DNA of 63,995 nucleotides, counting the filler, from Basidioascus undulatus (taxonomy: Eukaryota), in the NCBI GenBank assembly GCA_000826855.1. It is 9 parts of 9 records of this genome, joined end to end, with 100 filler letters (N's around TTAATTAATTAA, not from the genome) between each part and the next. Parts side by side here need not be neighbours in the genome. Positions count along the whole stretch, not along the records: positions 25,731 to 30,440 come from JTLS01002090.1; positions 30,541 to 35,249 come from JTLS01002091.1; positions 35,350 to 40,057 come from JTLS01002092.1; 6 more parts are not named here. One strand, written 5' to 3'. Of this stretch, positions 25,631 through 38,257 are shown one piece after another. Position numbers and translations under genes: made by a program. The notes beneath the pieces are model-generated. The model ran no database searches and was not told the DNA's origin. It saw only the letters and a list, made by a program, of their open reading frames with translations. Positions within the stretch are counted from its first letter, which is position 1; the number at the start of each line of letters is the position of its first letter.

Positions 25631-25730
25631 NNNNNNNNNNNNNNNNNNNNNNNNNNNNNNNNNNNNNNNNNNNNTTAATTAATTAANNNNNNNNNNNNNN
25701 NNNNNNNNNNNNNNNNNNNNNNNNNNNNNN
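25631..25730. other. Artificial contig spacer (44N-TTAATTAATTAA-44N)
   Basis: Identical 100-nt linker with stops in all six frames; also at 30441-30540, 35250-35349, 40058-40157, 44861-44960, 49658-49757, 54449-54548 and 59240-59339. Confidence 0.99.
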
Positions 25731-25740
25731 TCGTGCTTCT

Positions 25741-27257
25741 CTGTCATACTTGCCAACAGCGAGCAGAATCTCAGCTGCAAACCCGCCGTCTTCATTTCGG
25801 GTGCGTCTTGTCGACATGTCCAGGCCTTCTTAAACTCTTCCACAGTCTAGTATTACGGGCCTGATTCCTTCTTTCAATCGAAAGCTTTCAACTCCGAGGA
25901 CCCGGGCATGCAGCAGACTTTCGGCGACTTTGCCATGCTCCCACTCGATGTCATCGCTGTGCGTATTCTCAAGTTGCTTCTAACTTCTCCGGTTGCCAGC
26001 CGCTCATAAAATGTCTTTTGAGAGTTGTAGGCGACTCTCGGCACGCACCACGAGTTCAAGCACGGCTTCAACGACTCCATCCCTTTCAATGTTGCGCTCG
26101 GTGAGCAGAGGTTTCCTGTTGTCGATCTTTTCTTCAGTGCCGCCCAAGCATCTAGTCCATAGTCTGCTCACTTTTCCCCCCTCTTCACACCCACAGGCGT
26201 CCACCAGTGCCTCAAGCGCTGTGGCTTCGATGGGGAGCACCGCCGCCACCGCGAGCATGAGCGCGAGCGCCTCGACCTCTGGGACTTCGCGCGTGTGCTT
26301 CGCACGGATCATCATGATGAGTGAGCGTTTGCATACCAGGCCACAGCGCGTTGGAACAGCTTTCCTCGATAGATAGCATATGTAGTACTTCTGCATTGTT
26401 TACCGGACGTGGGATAGAATGATACCTCTGTCATGCATATGCTCCTCACCTGTACTTGCAAGCCCTCGGGGATGAGCCTAGTGTGCGAGAAGAGATGCAT
26501 CAACCTGTCCGCTCTATCCTCCCCCCATCATCCTCTTCCCGTCTCTCACCCTCCCCTAACGTCCTCCTCCTTCCCTCCTTTCACCTCCTCGACGGCGGTC
26601 GGTGCTCAGGTCCTCGACGTCGAACAGGTCTGCGCCGGTGAATGTTAGCGGAGTTCGTCTGCACAGGGGCAATGAGTGTGAAGGTATCAGTGTCCCTGAC
26701 GAGAAACGAGAGAAAGGCGAGACTGAGAGGGAGCGCGAAGAAGTAGACACGCTTCCGTCGCCCCGGCAGTAGAAGTTCTCGGGTAACAGCCGGTGCTTCT
26801 TCATTCGCAGCTGCGCGAGGTCTTGTCGGCCTTAGTCGCGCAGGAGAAGGCGGCCTGTTTGGGGTTTGAGCAGCTGCGTGCGCGTGTCCAGGTTCAGCAA
26901 ACCCCCCTCCCACCCACAGCACTTTGTGGTCAATGGTATACCTGCAGGGAGCTAAAGATCGCAGCAGCAGTAACAGGGTGTCTTCCCCCAAGCCAGCGCC
27001 TAGAGCACCTTGCTCTGGCCCTGTATGCACACTGTCTTGTACACGCTGCAGCAACTAACCACATCCTGACGAAACCAGCCACAGTAAGTCCGTCCCTTCA
27101 TATATGCGCCGAGGGATACTACAAGGCGAGATTAAGTGAGGAAATGGATAGAGTGCGCAGGTCTTATAGAAACCCGTGCACTTTCGATTCCCGTCTGAAC
27201 AGCAGGGAATGTACGGCGTGCGAGAGCAACGTGGGCGGTTGCATGCGGGTGGCATAG
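25741..27257 (+). pseudogene. Decayed intron-containing gene of unknown family
   Basis: Exon-like segments flanked by GT..AG introns (e.g. HQCLKRCGFDGEHRRHREHERERLDLWDFARVLR) but interrupted by in-frame TAG stops near 26375 and 26415; Cys-rich 3' segment. Confidence 0.35.
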
Positions 27258-27494
27258 CGAGGTGGGAGGCTATGTTCCGTGGTCTGCGCAATTCCAGCAT
27301 GACCGCAAAATACAGCAGCCGCAAACCGCCAGTCCGAGAGCCAGGTAAGGGGAGAACGAGGCACGAGGCTGCATTCACGGTACGCTGCGGAACTACAGGA
27401 CGAACAGAGGCACAGGAAGCAACTCCTTCTCAAACACCCTATCCGACTCGGAAGGCAGCTTGATGTTCACTGCAGCCGCACTCAATGTACCCTA

Positions 27495-27900
27495 ACCCCA
27501 GTTCTTCGCCTCTTTCGCCCTGGCCTTCTGATCCGTGTCACCACAGACGCCTCTGGCAGTGCTCTTGGTGCTGTCCTTGAACAGCAGGTGGACAAGAAAT
27601 GGCACCCCATCGCATTTGAATCCTGCAAATTCACCCCTGCTGAACACAATTACCCTACCCATGAACAAGAACTCCTCGCAATCATCCATGCACTCCACAC
27701 ATGGCGCGTCTTCCTTGAAGGTGCTGAGCACTTCGAGGTCTGGACCGATCACCACGCTCTCCGATATTTCCACACACAACGAAACCTTTCCTGACGACAA
27801 GCTCGATGATCGGAGCTACTCTGCGACTTCGACTTCGAAATCAAGTACAAACCCTGCTCAACAAATCACGTCGCTGATGCACAATCCCGATGCCCCGACC
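27495..27900 (+). mobile_element. Ty3/Gypsy LTR retrotransposon relic (pol RNase H domain)
   Basis: TPVLRLFRPGLLIRVTTDASGSALGAVLEQ...HPIAFES.K...E.NYPTHEQELLAIIHAL..WR..LEG...V.TDH..L...NLS*RQAR*SELL.DFDFEIKYKP...N.VADA.SR; stops at 27792 and 27807. Confidence 0.93.
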
Positions 27901-28015
27901 TCCTCTACTTCCTTCGCTTCCTCCCAGGCCGACCTCGCATGCACACAATGATCACCGTGGACGTTGGTCTCAAAGAGGGGGCCCTACTAGGGACTATCGT
28001 TCCACTATCTCGCCT

Positions 28016-29213
28016 CTGCTCTCATCATTCCAACCAAAACAGTCCCGCACTATGGACTCGACGCGTTCCTGTTGGGCTAATTGCACGCATCTTCAGTTTG
28101 CTAGCCACGGCCAAGACGAGATGGCCTTCAGCCCAAGCACGGTTTGGCGAGTATCTGCAACGCTCTGAGGGTACGTCTACCACAGATGCTAAAATAATCT
28201 GACAGGAGTCTCGTGTGAACAGGATATTCGCTCGCGTAACTTCTATCGAGACATCTTGCTGCACAAGGAATCCTCGATCGACGCTCTCGTCACAGCGCTT
28301 CACACTTCCCGCTCGCACGGTGGTGACCTGGCCTCTCAAATTCGCTCAGTCACCATTTGCATCGAGTGGAAAGAATCGCCCCCATCTCTTTCGCTCGACA
28401 TGACCGCGCGTCCTACCTTACTCTTTATGCTCCCGCATCTCGAAGCGTTCAGAACTCGCCGACAGGGGCGGAAGCAAGCGTATGCGCGGGCACGCCCAGT
28501 CGGCCTACGTTGGCACACCCTCACTGACCTGTCCTCGGTGTGCTCCTCTTCCGTACGCAATCTCGGCGTTCAGCTCGACCTCGCCAGGGCACCCGGTTCG
28601 ACCTTGTCATGCATCGGCCAGTTTCCACACTTACGTGCTCTGGAGCTTTATGCTTCTGAACCTATTTTCGGGCCTGATCATGTCCGCCTCCTTCACCTCG
28701 CGACGATCACCGACCTGCGGTTCGGCATTGAAATGCTCGACGCCGGTAACGGCAACTGGCTCGCGGACTCTGATTTCCATCCCCCTGATTGGAAACAATC
28801 GAGGTTTATGCAGAAGCACGGTCCTCGTCTGAAGCTCTTATGGCTGTGTTTTGCGCGCCAACTTGAGCTGACTGGGCCGCTGCTCGGTATGTGCCCCAAC
28901 TTGATCCAGCTCAATATCGATTCCGCTTAATTTCATTGGAACTATTGCGTCTCATAGTCCAAAAATTCTTTTCATCAACATACACACGAGCGAGTTATCT
29001 AAATGGGCTGATCTCCTTGCCTTAGTAGCATTGAAGCTCAAGAAGTTACGGACCATCTGCCTCACGCGTGCTTCGTTCAAAGTCTCTTCTTGGCGGAATT
29101 GTGTCAGACACAGACTGTTGGGTTGGGGCGTCGAACAGAGCGTCATGCTGAGAGCACACGAGATCGGGCTTATTGACCAGGAGGGTCGAGTTGCGAGACG
29201 TTGCATGATTTGA
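28016..29213 (+). pseudogene. F-box/LRR-like pseudogene
   Basis: The 224-aa ORF has LRR-like units (FPHLRALEL, RLKLLWL, CPNLIQLNI) and continues in frame past TAA 28928-28930 (LKKLRTICL); the upstream part carries stops. Confidence 0.5.
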
Positions 29214-30540
29214 TTTGTAACTGTTGAGCATGAATACCCTGGCGCGTGAGGTTGGAAATTATTCTTGCTTTTTGGCGACAGTTCATTCCAACGATTCGTT
29301 CCCTTATACGATCTTCAAGGTGCACCAACACCAGAGCGCTCGACGTCCACCGCTGCAGTCGCAGCCTGCAACTCACTCCGCCACTTCGGTCAAGGCTCTC
29401 GGTAAGTACTTGTATTCCGTAAGTACTTGTATCCCCATTGCCATCCGCATTACCGAAGGCCGGCGAGAAATGGGTCGTTGCCGCAACATCTGCGTTCTCG
29501 CTTTCGGTTGATGAGGGAGACGGCGAGGGCGACCAGAAGGCTTTGCCAGACGGCTCAGCCTTCGTCCAGCACGAACTGACTGCGAGCCGTCATTTCTATA
29601 AGCGTATTTCAGAATATTTCTGATTAGAATAAATTAACATCCACATTAGCCTATCAAGCTGAAACTAAAGCGTAAGCGCGTTCGCAACTGTACTGTTATC
29701 CTGCCTCCGCGCGGCGTGGTAGTCAGCGTAGTGACCTGAAACCCTTGGACAATTTCGGGTGCGCTGAGTAGATTAAGGTAAAATGCAGGTTATCAAAACA
29801 CTTTATTGAAGTATGTGTTTTACGAAACAGGCGACGCCCCGACACAAATACAAGCAAACGATGCACGTCGGTGCAGTGCCAGGCGGAAAGTGCAAGCCTG
29901 GCATGGTCGAGCGGGACGGAAGTTGCAACTTGGCTGGATGGTACATGGTTGCGCAGAAGTATGAAATAATAAAGCGGAATGCATCTGCGATGAAAAGCTA
30001 CAGTACGAGCCGGCACAAGAACCACACTCCGTAGAGGGGAAACTCGCGCGTGGAGAGCCGTGCCGATAGGCTGCTCCCCCTCCCCTCCAAGCGAACATCA
30101 GCCGTCTCTCACCCCTGATCTATCTTTACCTCCTCCTCATTATTCATCTTCCCCGCCTCCTCCCCGCCCCCTACCCGCCCGGCCAGACCTGCACAGCTCG
30201 CTCTACTCGAGCTTCGCGACGTCGTCCGCGGGCGGGTGGCCCCGAGCGAGTCGAGGAGGTCCTGCGCCTCGGACGCTGGGAGATCGGACGCAAGGTAGGA
30301 GAAACGCTTTGCGGGAAGGTCAGGGGGGTGAGGGAGAAGGTGTGCGTGAGCGGTGGGTTGAGGGGGGATGGGAGAGGGGAGGGAGGGAAGAGGAAGGAGG
30401 AAGGACTCTTTCCAGATTCCTTTGCGCTGCGGTAAGGGAANNNNNNNNNNNNNNNNNNNNNNNNNNNNNNNNNNNNNNNNNNNNTTAATTAATTAANNNN
30501 NNNNNNNNNNNNNNNNNNNNNNNNNNNNNNNNNNNNNNNN

Positions 30541-30929
30541 GGGATGTGGTGGATTGTGTGGTTGGGGTTGGATAGGAGCTCGGGGGGTTTAGGGGAGGAA
30601 GGGGGAAATAGTGGGAAGACAAACCGTGTGTTGAGACACAGGAGCATTCAGAGCCGGTACAGTCTCCCTCAGCGCAGGAACAGCCTTCTGCTGCACTGGT
30701 GGAAGGGACCGGCTCGCCCGAGGGGAAGACGAGGGTCGGGGTGTACTGTCTTTTGCGGTGGGGTTCAATGCGGATGAGTGTGAGTGGAATGTGGAAGATG
30801 GAAGATGGGTGATGTGCGCACGGTGTGGAACGTCTGCTTGAGCTCGGCGAGCACTTCGGGGGGCGCCTCGAGCGGGATGGGCACGGGCTCGAGCGAGGCG
30901 CAGAGGTCGGCGAGGGTGGGGGAGGACAT
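30541..30929 (-). CDS. 5' part of a pre-SET/SET histone-lysine methyltransferase-like gene (truncated by contig end)
   Basis: ATG at 30929, intron, then YTPTLVFPSGE...EGCSCAEGDCTGSECSCVSTHG, a pre-SET-like Cys cluster. The SET domain itself is not in the contig. Confidence 0.6.
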
Positions 30930-31135
30930 GGGGGGAGTGTAAGGAGTTTTGTGTATATTTCTGCGTCTTCTGCTGTTGCTTTCCAAAGAAAAATATAGGG
31001 CGTCGTAGAGGTCAAGAGGCAAGGAGAAAAGACAGGCAGCAGCCCAAGCCCCGCTAGATCGGCCCGAAGCCGGATCCAAATTTCGCCCTCCTCGTCCCCA
31101 CTTGCCCGTCTTCTCTCTCTTCGCTCGCAGCGTCC

Positions 31136-33772
31136 ATGCGACGCGCCTTGACACCTCTTTCACGCACCTTCACATCTACACTCTCACTCCCAATCCCCCA
31201 TCCTTACTCCACCCGCAGGATGTTCTCCTCCCCCACCCAATCCGCATCCGCGGACGACGACCATCTCCCTACCTACGTTCCCTCCCCTCCCTCCTCCCCT
31301 TCTCCTTCCGCCTACCCCTTCCTGGAACCGGCAAAGCACACCGGCCCACGCACGATAACGAACCCCAAGAAAGTCGAGAAGCAGAAGCAGAAGCAGAAGC
31401 AGAAGGGCAAGTCGACCCAGCAGCGCCGCCCGGTCAAGGTCGACGACCACCCCGAGGCCGTGATTGATTACTCGACGCCCGGGCTCAGGATTGTTCAGCC
31501 GTACTACCATCATTATCGGACATTTGCGAAGGTGACCAACCTATCTTTTGGTGGTGAGGCGTTGGGCCGTACTCAGGTGTTTTGGGGAAACAGGAACGCT
31601 GGTTTGGGAGGGAGATACTGGACGTCGTCTCGCAGGAGTTTAGGGACCGCTCGAGGGCGTACTACGTACGTACATCTCATTATATTTCCCTTGTCTTTGT
31701 CGTCTTACACGCTGCTCTCGTTGCCAGAATTGGGCTCTCGAAACGGGCATCACAACCGTCAACGGTGTGCGCGCCGCGCCAGACACGATCCTCAAGAACG
31801 GGGACCTGATTGAGTCGGTCTTCCTCCCCTCCTTCCCTCTTCCCTCCCACCCTCAACCCATCCTTCCTCTCCCACCGCTCCTTTCGCTTCCCCATCTCCT
31901 AACCACGTTCCTCGATCGTCTCAACCAGGAACGCCGTCCACGCGCACGAGCCCGCCGTGACCTCCGAGCTGCCCACCATAATCCACCACGCGTCCGACTC
32001 TGGCCTGCTCGTCATCTCCAAGCCCGGCTCGCTCCCCGTGCACGCGACGGGCAGATACAGAAAGAACACGCTACTCGAGATTCTGAAGGATGAGATGGGG
32101 TTCGAGAAGGTTTACAGTGGGTCCCCCTTCCCCCTCTAGTTTCTATCTTTAGATAACTGGCGAGATGGCTCGCAGCAAGCAACCGCCTCGACCGCCTTAC
32201 CTCGGGCATCATGCTCGTCGCGCTCAACAAGACGACCGCGCAGGAGCTCGGCAAGGCGTTCATGGCTGGCGACGTGCGGAAGGAGTACGTCGCGCGCGTG
32301 GTCGGGCGCTTCCCAGAGTTCGTTCTCTTCTCTTATCGCCTTTCTACCTTCTCTCCTGGCTGATGTTTGTGGTGGGACAGCGGGGAAATCGTCTGCGAGG
32401 AACCGATGATCACCGTCGACCGGCAGATGGGGCTCGTGATCCGCCATCCGGAGGGGAAGGTGCGTCTTCCTTCCCTTCACCCCCACTCACCCACTCCATC
32501 TCCCTCTCTAACCCCCTCCCCTCCTCCAGTACTGCAAAACGATCTTCGAGCGCATGTCGTACGACCCCCTCAGCAACACATCCATCGTCTACTGTCCGTC
32601 CCCCTCTCCACTGCTCCCCATCCCCCTTCGTCTCCTCCCTCCTTCCTCCTCCCTCGCCTTCCCTCTTCAGCTCACACAACTCTGAACCGCAGGCCAGCCC
32701 TTCACCGGCCGGACGCACCAGCTGCGCGTGCATCTGCAGTTCCTCGGCCACCCCATCGCGAACGACCCGCTCTATTCCTCCGTGGACGTGTGGGGCGTCA
32801 AGCGCGGGAAGGGCGGCTTGTTGCCCACGTATACGACGGGGAGGGTGCTCGAGGAGATGCGGGTGTTCGAGGCGGAGTGCCAGGCAAGGGAGGCGGAGGA
32901 GGCCGCGTTAAATCGCCCCTCCACCACAACCATGAATCCCCTCACGGCCGACGCGGACGTGCCGAGCACGGTGGAGACGCCGCTGGAGAGCCCGGGAGGG
33001 TGCGAGACGCCCGCGGTCTTCGGCGCGCTAGACCCGGCGGATGAGGTGAACTCCACGGGGGACATTGGGCTGAACTCGCCCGTCCCGCTCGGGAGGGACG
33101 CGGTCGAGGTGATCCGCCGGTTGAGACAGCTCAAGGACGAGAGCGATGGGTGGTCTAGGTGGAGGGATAGGGTCGGGATCGAGGCGCGCGTGGGGGCGCG
33201 GGCGCCTCGAGCTGGGGTAAAAGGTGCCGAGGACGGGAAGGAGGGGAACGAGGAGAAGGAGGGGGAGGAGAGGAAGGAGAAGGTGGAGGTGGATGAAGAG
33301 GAGCAGAATAGGAGGAATGTTGCCGCTGGATTGGGAGGGTACTGCAACGAGTGCTTCGTCCCCCTTATTCCGCACCCGCCGAAGGAACAGATGTTTATTT
33401 ATTTGCACGTGCGTAACCCTTCCTCCTTCCCTTTCCTTTCCTTGGCCCTCCTGCCCTATCGTCCGCCATCTCCGCATCTCCTTCCCCCGCTCCTCCGTCC
33501 CTCCCGTCCTTTCCTTCTCCGTGTCACGGGAATCTGACATGCGCGGCGTTGCGTTCGGGCAGGCCACCCGCTACACCACCCCCGCCTGGGAGTTCTCCGC
33601 CCCCCTGCCCTCCTGGGTCTCGGACAACGCGCGCGCGTGGTGGGACGCAAAGAAGGACGAGAAGCGCGAGGTCCTCAAGCGCCGGATGGAGGATGCGCGC
33701 GAGATGCTTAGCGCGCTGGCGCGGGAGGAGAAGGAGGAGCGCAAGGCGGGGGGTGGGAGGGAAGAGGAATGA
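31136..33772 (+). CDS. RluA-family pseudouridine synthase (Rib2/Pus9/RPUSD2-like)
   Basis: [35 protein letters not shown], catalytic [48 protein letters not shown]-terminal CNEC...IYLH. Confidence 0.93.
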
Positions 33773-34322
33773 ATACGCGTTGCGCTGGTGTTGATTGGTT
33801 CGTTTGCGAGTTGGTTTGCGGGTTGGTGGTTCGTTGATTCGTGGGGGTTTGGGGGTTGGGGGGTGGATGAGCGGATGCGTGGTCGATAGGTGGATAGTGG
33901 GGTTGGAAGAAGGTGTAGGGGGAAGAGCAACGGGAAAGAAGGCGGATGTGGTAGGAAAACAAAGAACAGAGAGGGCTTAGAGAGGAGGCGCATCGAAAAT
34001 ATTTGAGCGCCATGTGACATGCTGTATCGCCAGGATAACATATTGTCAGTTTTGTACTGGGGTAGGTGAGCTCGTTGAATTTTTGAGACGACCTCAGAGG
34101 CAGGTTCCAGAGGGGGATGCCAGACTGCGAGCAAGCAGGTGCCCGGGCTTGTGCATTCTGCTCGCTGACATCCGTCTTCTCACCCATCGCGTGCTGACTC
34201 TGTTTTCCATATCATCTGTTTCGGTGGAAATACTTTCCGTGAGTATGGAAGTACGGGTTTAGTGAGGGTCCCGGGACCTTTCTGGGGACGTTCTGCGGCA
34301 GCAGAGGCGTCGCGGCTCTCTC

Positions 34323-34374
34323 CAGCGATCAGCATGTCCAGCGATCAGCATGTCAGCGATCAGCATGTCAGCAT
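34323..34374 (+). repeat. Tandem repeat of a 15-16 nt unit, about 3.4 copies
   Basis: CAGCGATCAGCATGTC / CAGCGATCAGCATGT / CAGCGATCAGCATGT / CAGCAT. Confidence 0.9.
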
Positions 34375-35503
34375 CGCCATTGGTAGGTTTATGTAGGTCC
34401 TTGAAAAGGCATAGACTACTACTAACTTTGACTGCATAGTCCACTCCCCAGGGCGGGACCATATACCGCAAGGGGCTGGCAATCGGACGTCAGGGCGGTG
34501 AAAACACGTGAAACGAACGCTGTGGCCATCCATGTCCATGGCGAAATCACTCGGGATCGAGAGGTTGGGGAGGTTTGGTACTTAAACAACCGATTGAGGT
34601 TAGCTTGGTGGACCCTGTAGAGCGTTCAGAACGAAGCTCAAGTAACTGGGCGAATATGGAGCTGGCTGTTGCACGCGGCAGCAGTCTCAAGTCGCATCCG
34701 CGCAGTGGCTTTTCAATCTGCGAGCAGCCAGGAAGCACTGACCGTTTACAAAGATCTACTAAGCGTGAGGCTTCTATGTAATAGAGTAATCAGTTCCACC
34801 ATAGATGGTGCGCTAGGAGTAGAGTGTCACCGTCGCAGGGGAAGCGAGCTCGAGCAACATTTTCCGCGCGCATTAGCCCCGTTCTCGTACGAGACTTGCG
34901 CTGCTACTTGCACGTTGGCAAGAGGGGTCCCAATCGAAGAGAGAGTGAGGCCATCCTTCTGCTTGGGGGCCTCTGTGGCCTCCTCTGCGAGCAGTTAGCC
35001 GCTCACCGCCGCCGACACCCATACTTGGCGTCTCCCCCCCCACTCCGTCGTCCTCCCCTCCGCCCTGCCTTGGATACATCCCAGCCCACCACTAGCTAAG
35101 GAGCATACATGAATTCTCAGACCAGTTGCCCGTCAAGCGGGTACACAGGTTTTTAGGCTGAACAGTCAACATGTCACGCAGCGGGCCAGCGCCTCGTGTG
35201 GAGGAGATGCACTGGGGGAACAACCATCACGGGGGGCATTCCAAACCCGNNNNNNNNNNNNNNNNNNNNNNNNNNNNNNNNNNNNNNNNNNNNTTAATTA
35301 ATTAANNNNNNNNNNNNNNNNNNNNNNNNNNNNNNNNNNNNNNNNNNNNGTTCCTACCCGTCCACAGTACCCTCCGAAAGACGTCGCTGTCCCTGTCCCC
35401 GCACCGCCTCCTCTCCTCACCCTTCCCTCTGTCCCCCCTTCCCCCGCCCCTTTCCCCCATCCCCCATTGGTCCGCTTACGCTCCCTCCTCACCCCGCCCA
35501 CAG

Positions 35504-35842
35504 ACAGCATTCATGATCCTCGACGACGTAATCCAGATCACGAACCGGCGCGTCAATGCAATCGAGCACGTTGTCATCCCGCGCCTGGAGAACACGATCA
35601 AGTACATCAACTCCGAGCTGGACGAGATGGACCGCGAGGAGTTCTTCCGCCTCAAGAAGATCCAGGGCAAGAAGAAGCGCGATACCGAGGAGCGCGCGGT
35701 CGCTGCTAAGGCGAAAGCGGAGGCGGAGGCAGAGGCAGCGGAGGACACGCCGCGGGCTGGCGAGGGGGGGGGGTACGAGGTCGGCCAGGGCGGAGGGGAC
35801 GATCTTCTGGCGAGCGGGAAAGACAAGGACGTCATCTTCTGA
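35504..35842 (+). CDS. VMA8: V-type ATPase subunit D, last exon (5' part missing)
   Basis: [57 protein letters not shown]...DVIF*. Confidence 0.96.
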   Translation, partial: TAFMILDDVIQITNRRVNAIEHVVIPRLENTIKYINSELDEMDREEFFRLKKIQGKKKRDTEERAVAAKAKAEAEAEAAEDTPRAGEGGGYEVGQGGGDDLLASGKDKDVIF

Positions 35843-36468
35843 AATTGGGGTTGGGGACGGGAGCAGCATTCATTGGTCTCGACGAAGCGCTAGTTGGTGT
35901 GCCATCTCGAGGCTGCCTGCTGCCGATTCGCCGTGCGTGGGGCTCGTACGCAGGAGGGAATCATCGGACCTCACGCCGGGTGCCGAGTGTCCTGATGCGG
36001 CTTGAATGAATCAGCGACACCTCGCAGTGCGTGACTGAACTTCCTCCGCCGACAGCTTCTCCATGGCGACCCTCCTCGCCTATGCGGAGGCGACCTCCTC
36101 ATTGAGACGCAGGCACACACACACACACATCCAGGCCCTCGAAAAGCAGTCCGAATTGATGCCTTGAGGCGGGCGGGCCGTCCTCCATACGACTCCCGCC
36201 GTCACGTTTCCTTCTCTCTTCCCCTTCTCCCCCTCTGGCCAATAATGCAAATACTAGTGTGACAACGTGAACGAAAAAGCGCCCAAAACAGTGCAAAGAC
36301 GAGATGGAAAGACGAGCGACGACAGGCCCAAAAAATAGATAGAATACGATACGAGCGAATGCAGGGTCCTTGGTATGCGAACAGACGATGGGTGCGTGGG
36401 TGGCGATTAGAGCGCGAGTTGTGCGTGATAAATGCTGTGGAACCGGGTGTGATGATGCGGTGCGGGGC

Positions 36469-38257
36469 TTAGGCGGTGGCGCGGACACTCGGGAGCGAGG
36501 CCGGCGCGGTGCCGGTGGGCGCGTACGGCTGGAACGGCCCGCCGCGCGACTCGATGTCGCGGCGCTCTTGCCAGGCATAGTAGGCCTGCGAGCACCCGCT
36601 CGGTGAGTCAGCATCGGAGTCGGAAGAGGGGATGAAATGAGAGATTGAGGGAGGGGGGACACACGACGGGGAGAGACCAGTAGTTGAAGTTGGACCAGCC
36701 GAAGAGCGGGCCTGTCTCGCGCGAGATAGAGTCGAAGTCACTGTGGGTCGGTCGGACGGTGAGTGAGATGGATAAGGAAAGAATGATGAGAGGGGGGTGA
36801 AGATGGACGCACGTGGACATCTGCGTGCGCAGCGCGATAAACTCGGATGTCCGGTCCGTGATGATCCCGTCCACGCCCCACTGCAATATAGCGTCAGTTA
36901 AGAAAGGAAGACAGTGAGGATGAGGGGAGGGGCAGGGCGCACCTTGCTCGCCTCGATCATCTCGTAGCGCGAGTTGACGGTCCAAACAAAGAGCGCCTTG
37001 CCCGCGGTCTTGCACTCGCGGCGGAAGGCCTGGCCGTCGGCGCCGACGAGGGCGGCGAAGGACATGCTGAACGTCGCGCAGTCGCTCTGGCGGGCAGCAC
37101 TCGCAGTTGATGAGTAACAGAACGAGAGAAAGAGGAAGAGAAGAGGAGAGGGTGAGGACTAACCCAGAAGAACTTCCTTGCGAGGGGGACGCTCATGCCG
37201 ATGTGTGCGATGGACGCGTACGGCATGTGCGCGCGCGCGGCGGGGAGGAACTTGGGGTGCCACAGGCCGAGGATAAGGCGCGGGGCGAGGGTCGTCTCGA
37301 AGTCGGGGTACTTGGACACGAGAGCGTGCATCAGCCGGAACAGCCGCTCCGGCGGGTTGTCGGGCTTGACGTCAATCTGTGTTTGTCCGCCCGGATCAGC
37401 GATGGCCCGCTCGACGAGGAATCGCAGAGGGGAAGAAGGAAGCGGGAATGGAGGGGGGGGAATAGGGGAGGGGAGGAGGAAAAGACAAACGTTGAAAGAA
37501 ACGTGTCGGTTCTCAGGCTTCATGATGAGCTCGAGCGCCTGGTCAAAGCGCGGGATGCGCTGCCGCGGCTCCTCGCGCGTCCGGACGTGCTCGAGCGCGC
37601 CGTGGTACGGCTGGTCGGGGATCTTGCCCGTCCCGTCCGTCGTGCGTTCCAGGTCGACGTCGTGGAACATCACAATCACATCGTCGGAGCTGGTGGAAGG
37701 ATTGAGTAGTGTGCGAGGGGAAAGGTGAGCTGATAAGCGACGCGCGCGCGGAGGTTTTATGAGGTGGGTCACGCACCAGATGTGCACGTCTGCGATAAGG
37801 AACGTGGGGAGCGGTAAGCATCACAGACACGCTGCATGGAACGTCTGCTGGGCGTGTGCAATAGGGCATCACAGCATGCCATGACTCCACCCGCAGCTCC
37901 GCCCCTGTCGCGAGATAGAGGACGCCTGAAGCGAGAAGACTGCTCACCAGACTCGATGCCGTCGCTCCCGTCGCTACATTCACTAGTCAGTACCAGTTTC
38001 CAGATAGATCTGAGAGCAGAGATCGCGTACCGGATGGCGCCTTCGAAGGCGGAGAGGGTGTTTTCGGGGAACCCGGCAGAAGCCTGTGGGGAGTGTTAGG
38101 ACGTCGTGGTCGGAGGAACGAGAGAGGCACATGCCCCGCGGTGGCCGTAGCTGGTGTCGATCGCACCCCAGACGCGTCAGTGACGTGCCCAAGGCCTCCA
38201 AGACGATCTGCGACGGGAGACGTACCAAGCCGGGAAGCGAGAGGGGGTGTAGGACAT
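36469..38257 (-). CDS. Glycerophosphodiester phosphodiesterase (Pgc1-like phospholipase C family)
   Basis: YGHRG|ASAGFPENTLSAFEGAI, ESDVH, VMFHDVDLERTT, IDVKPDN, LILGLWHP, FVWTVN, WGVDGIITD. Confidence 0.92.

Noticed and set aside
25675..25686. TTAATTAATTAA recurring at about 4.8-kb intervals, resembling a periodic element or array
   Set aside because: Always centred in 88 Ns; it is a synthetic six-frame-stop linker, and the periodicity comes from length-sorted contigs.
29640..30060. Possible structured RNA gene
   Set aside because: No tRNA cloverleaf, snRNA or snoRNA box pattern recognised; more likely the 3' flank of a minus-strand gene cut by the spacer.
33840..33925. G-run tract with G-quadruplex potential
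   Set aside because: Similar G/A- and C/T-run tracts are pervasive in introns and UTRs here; nothing singles this one out.
34323..34374. Short repeats as a possible CRISPR-like array (also 42099-42157 and 51012-51040)
   Set aside because: No unique spacers, only 2-3 copies, eukaryotic context; ordinary slippage duplications.
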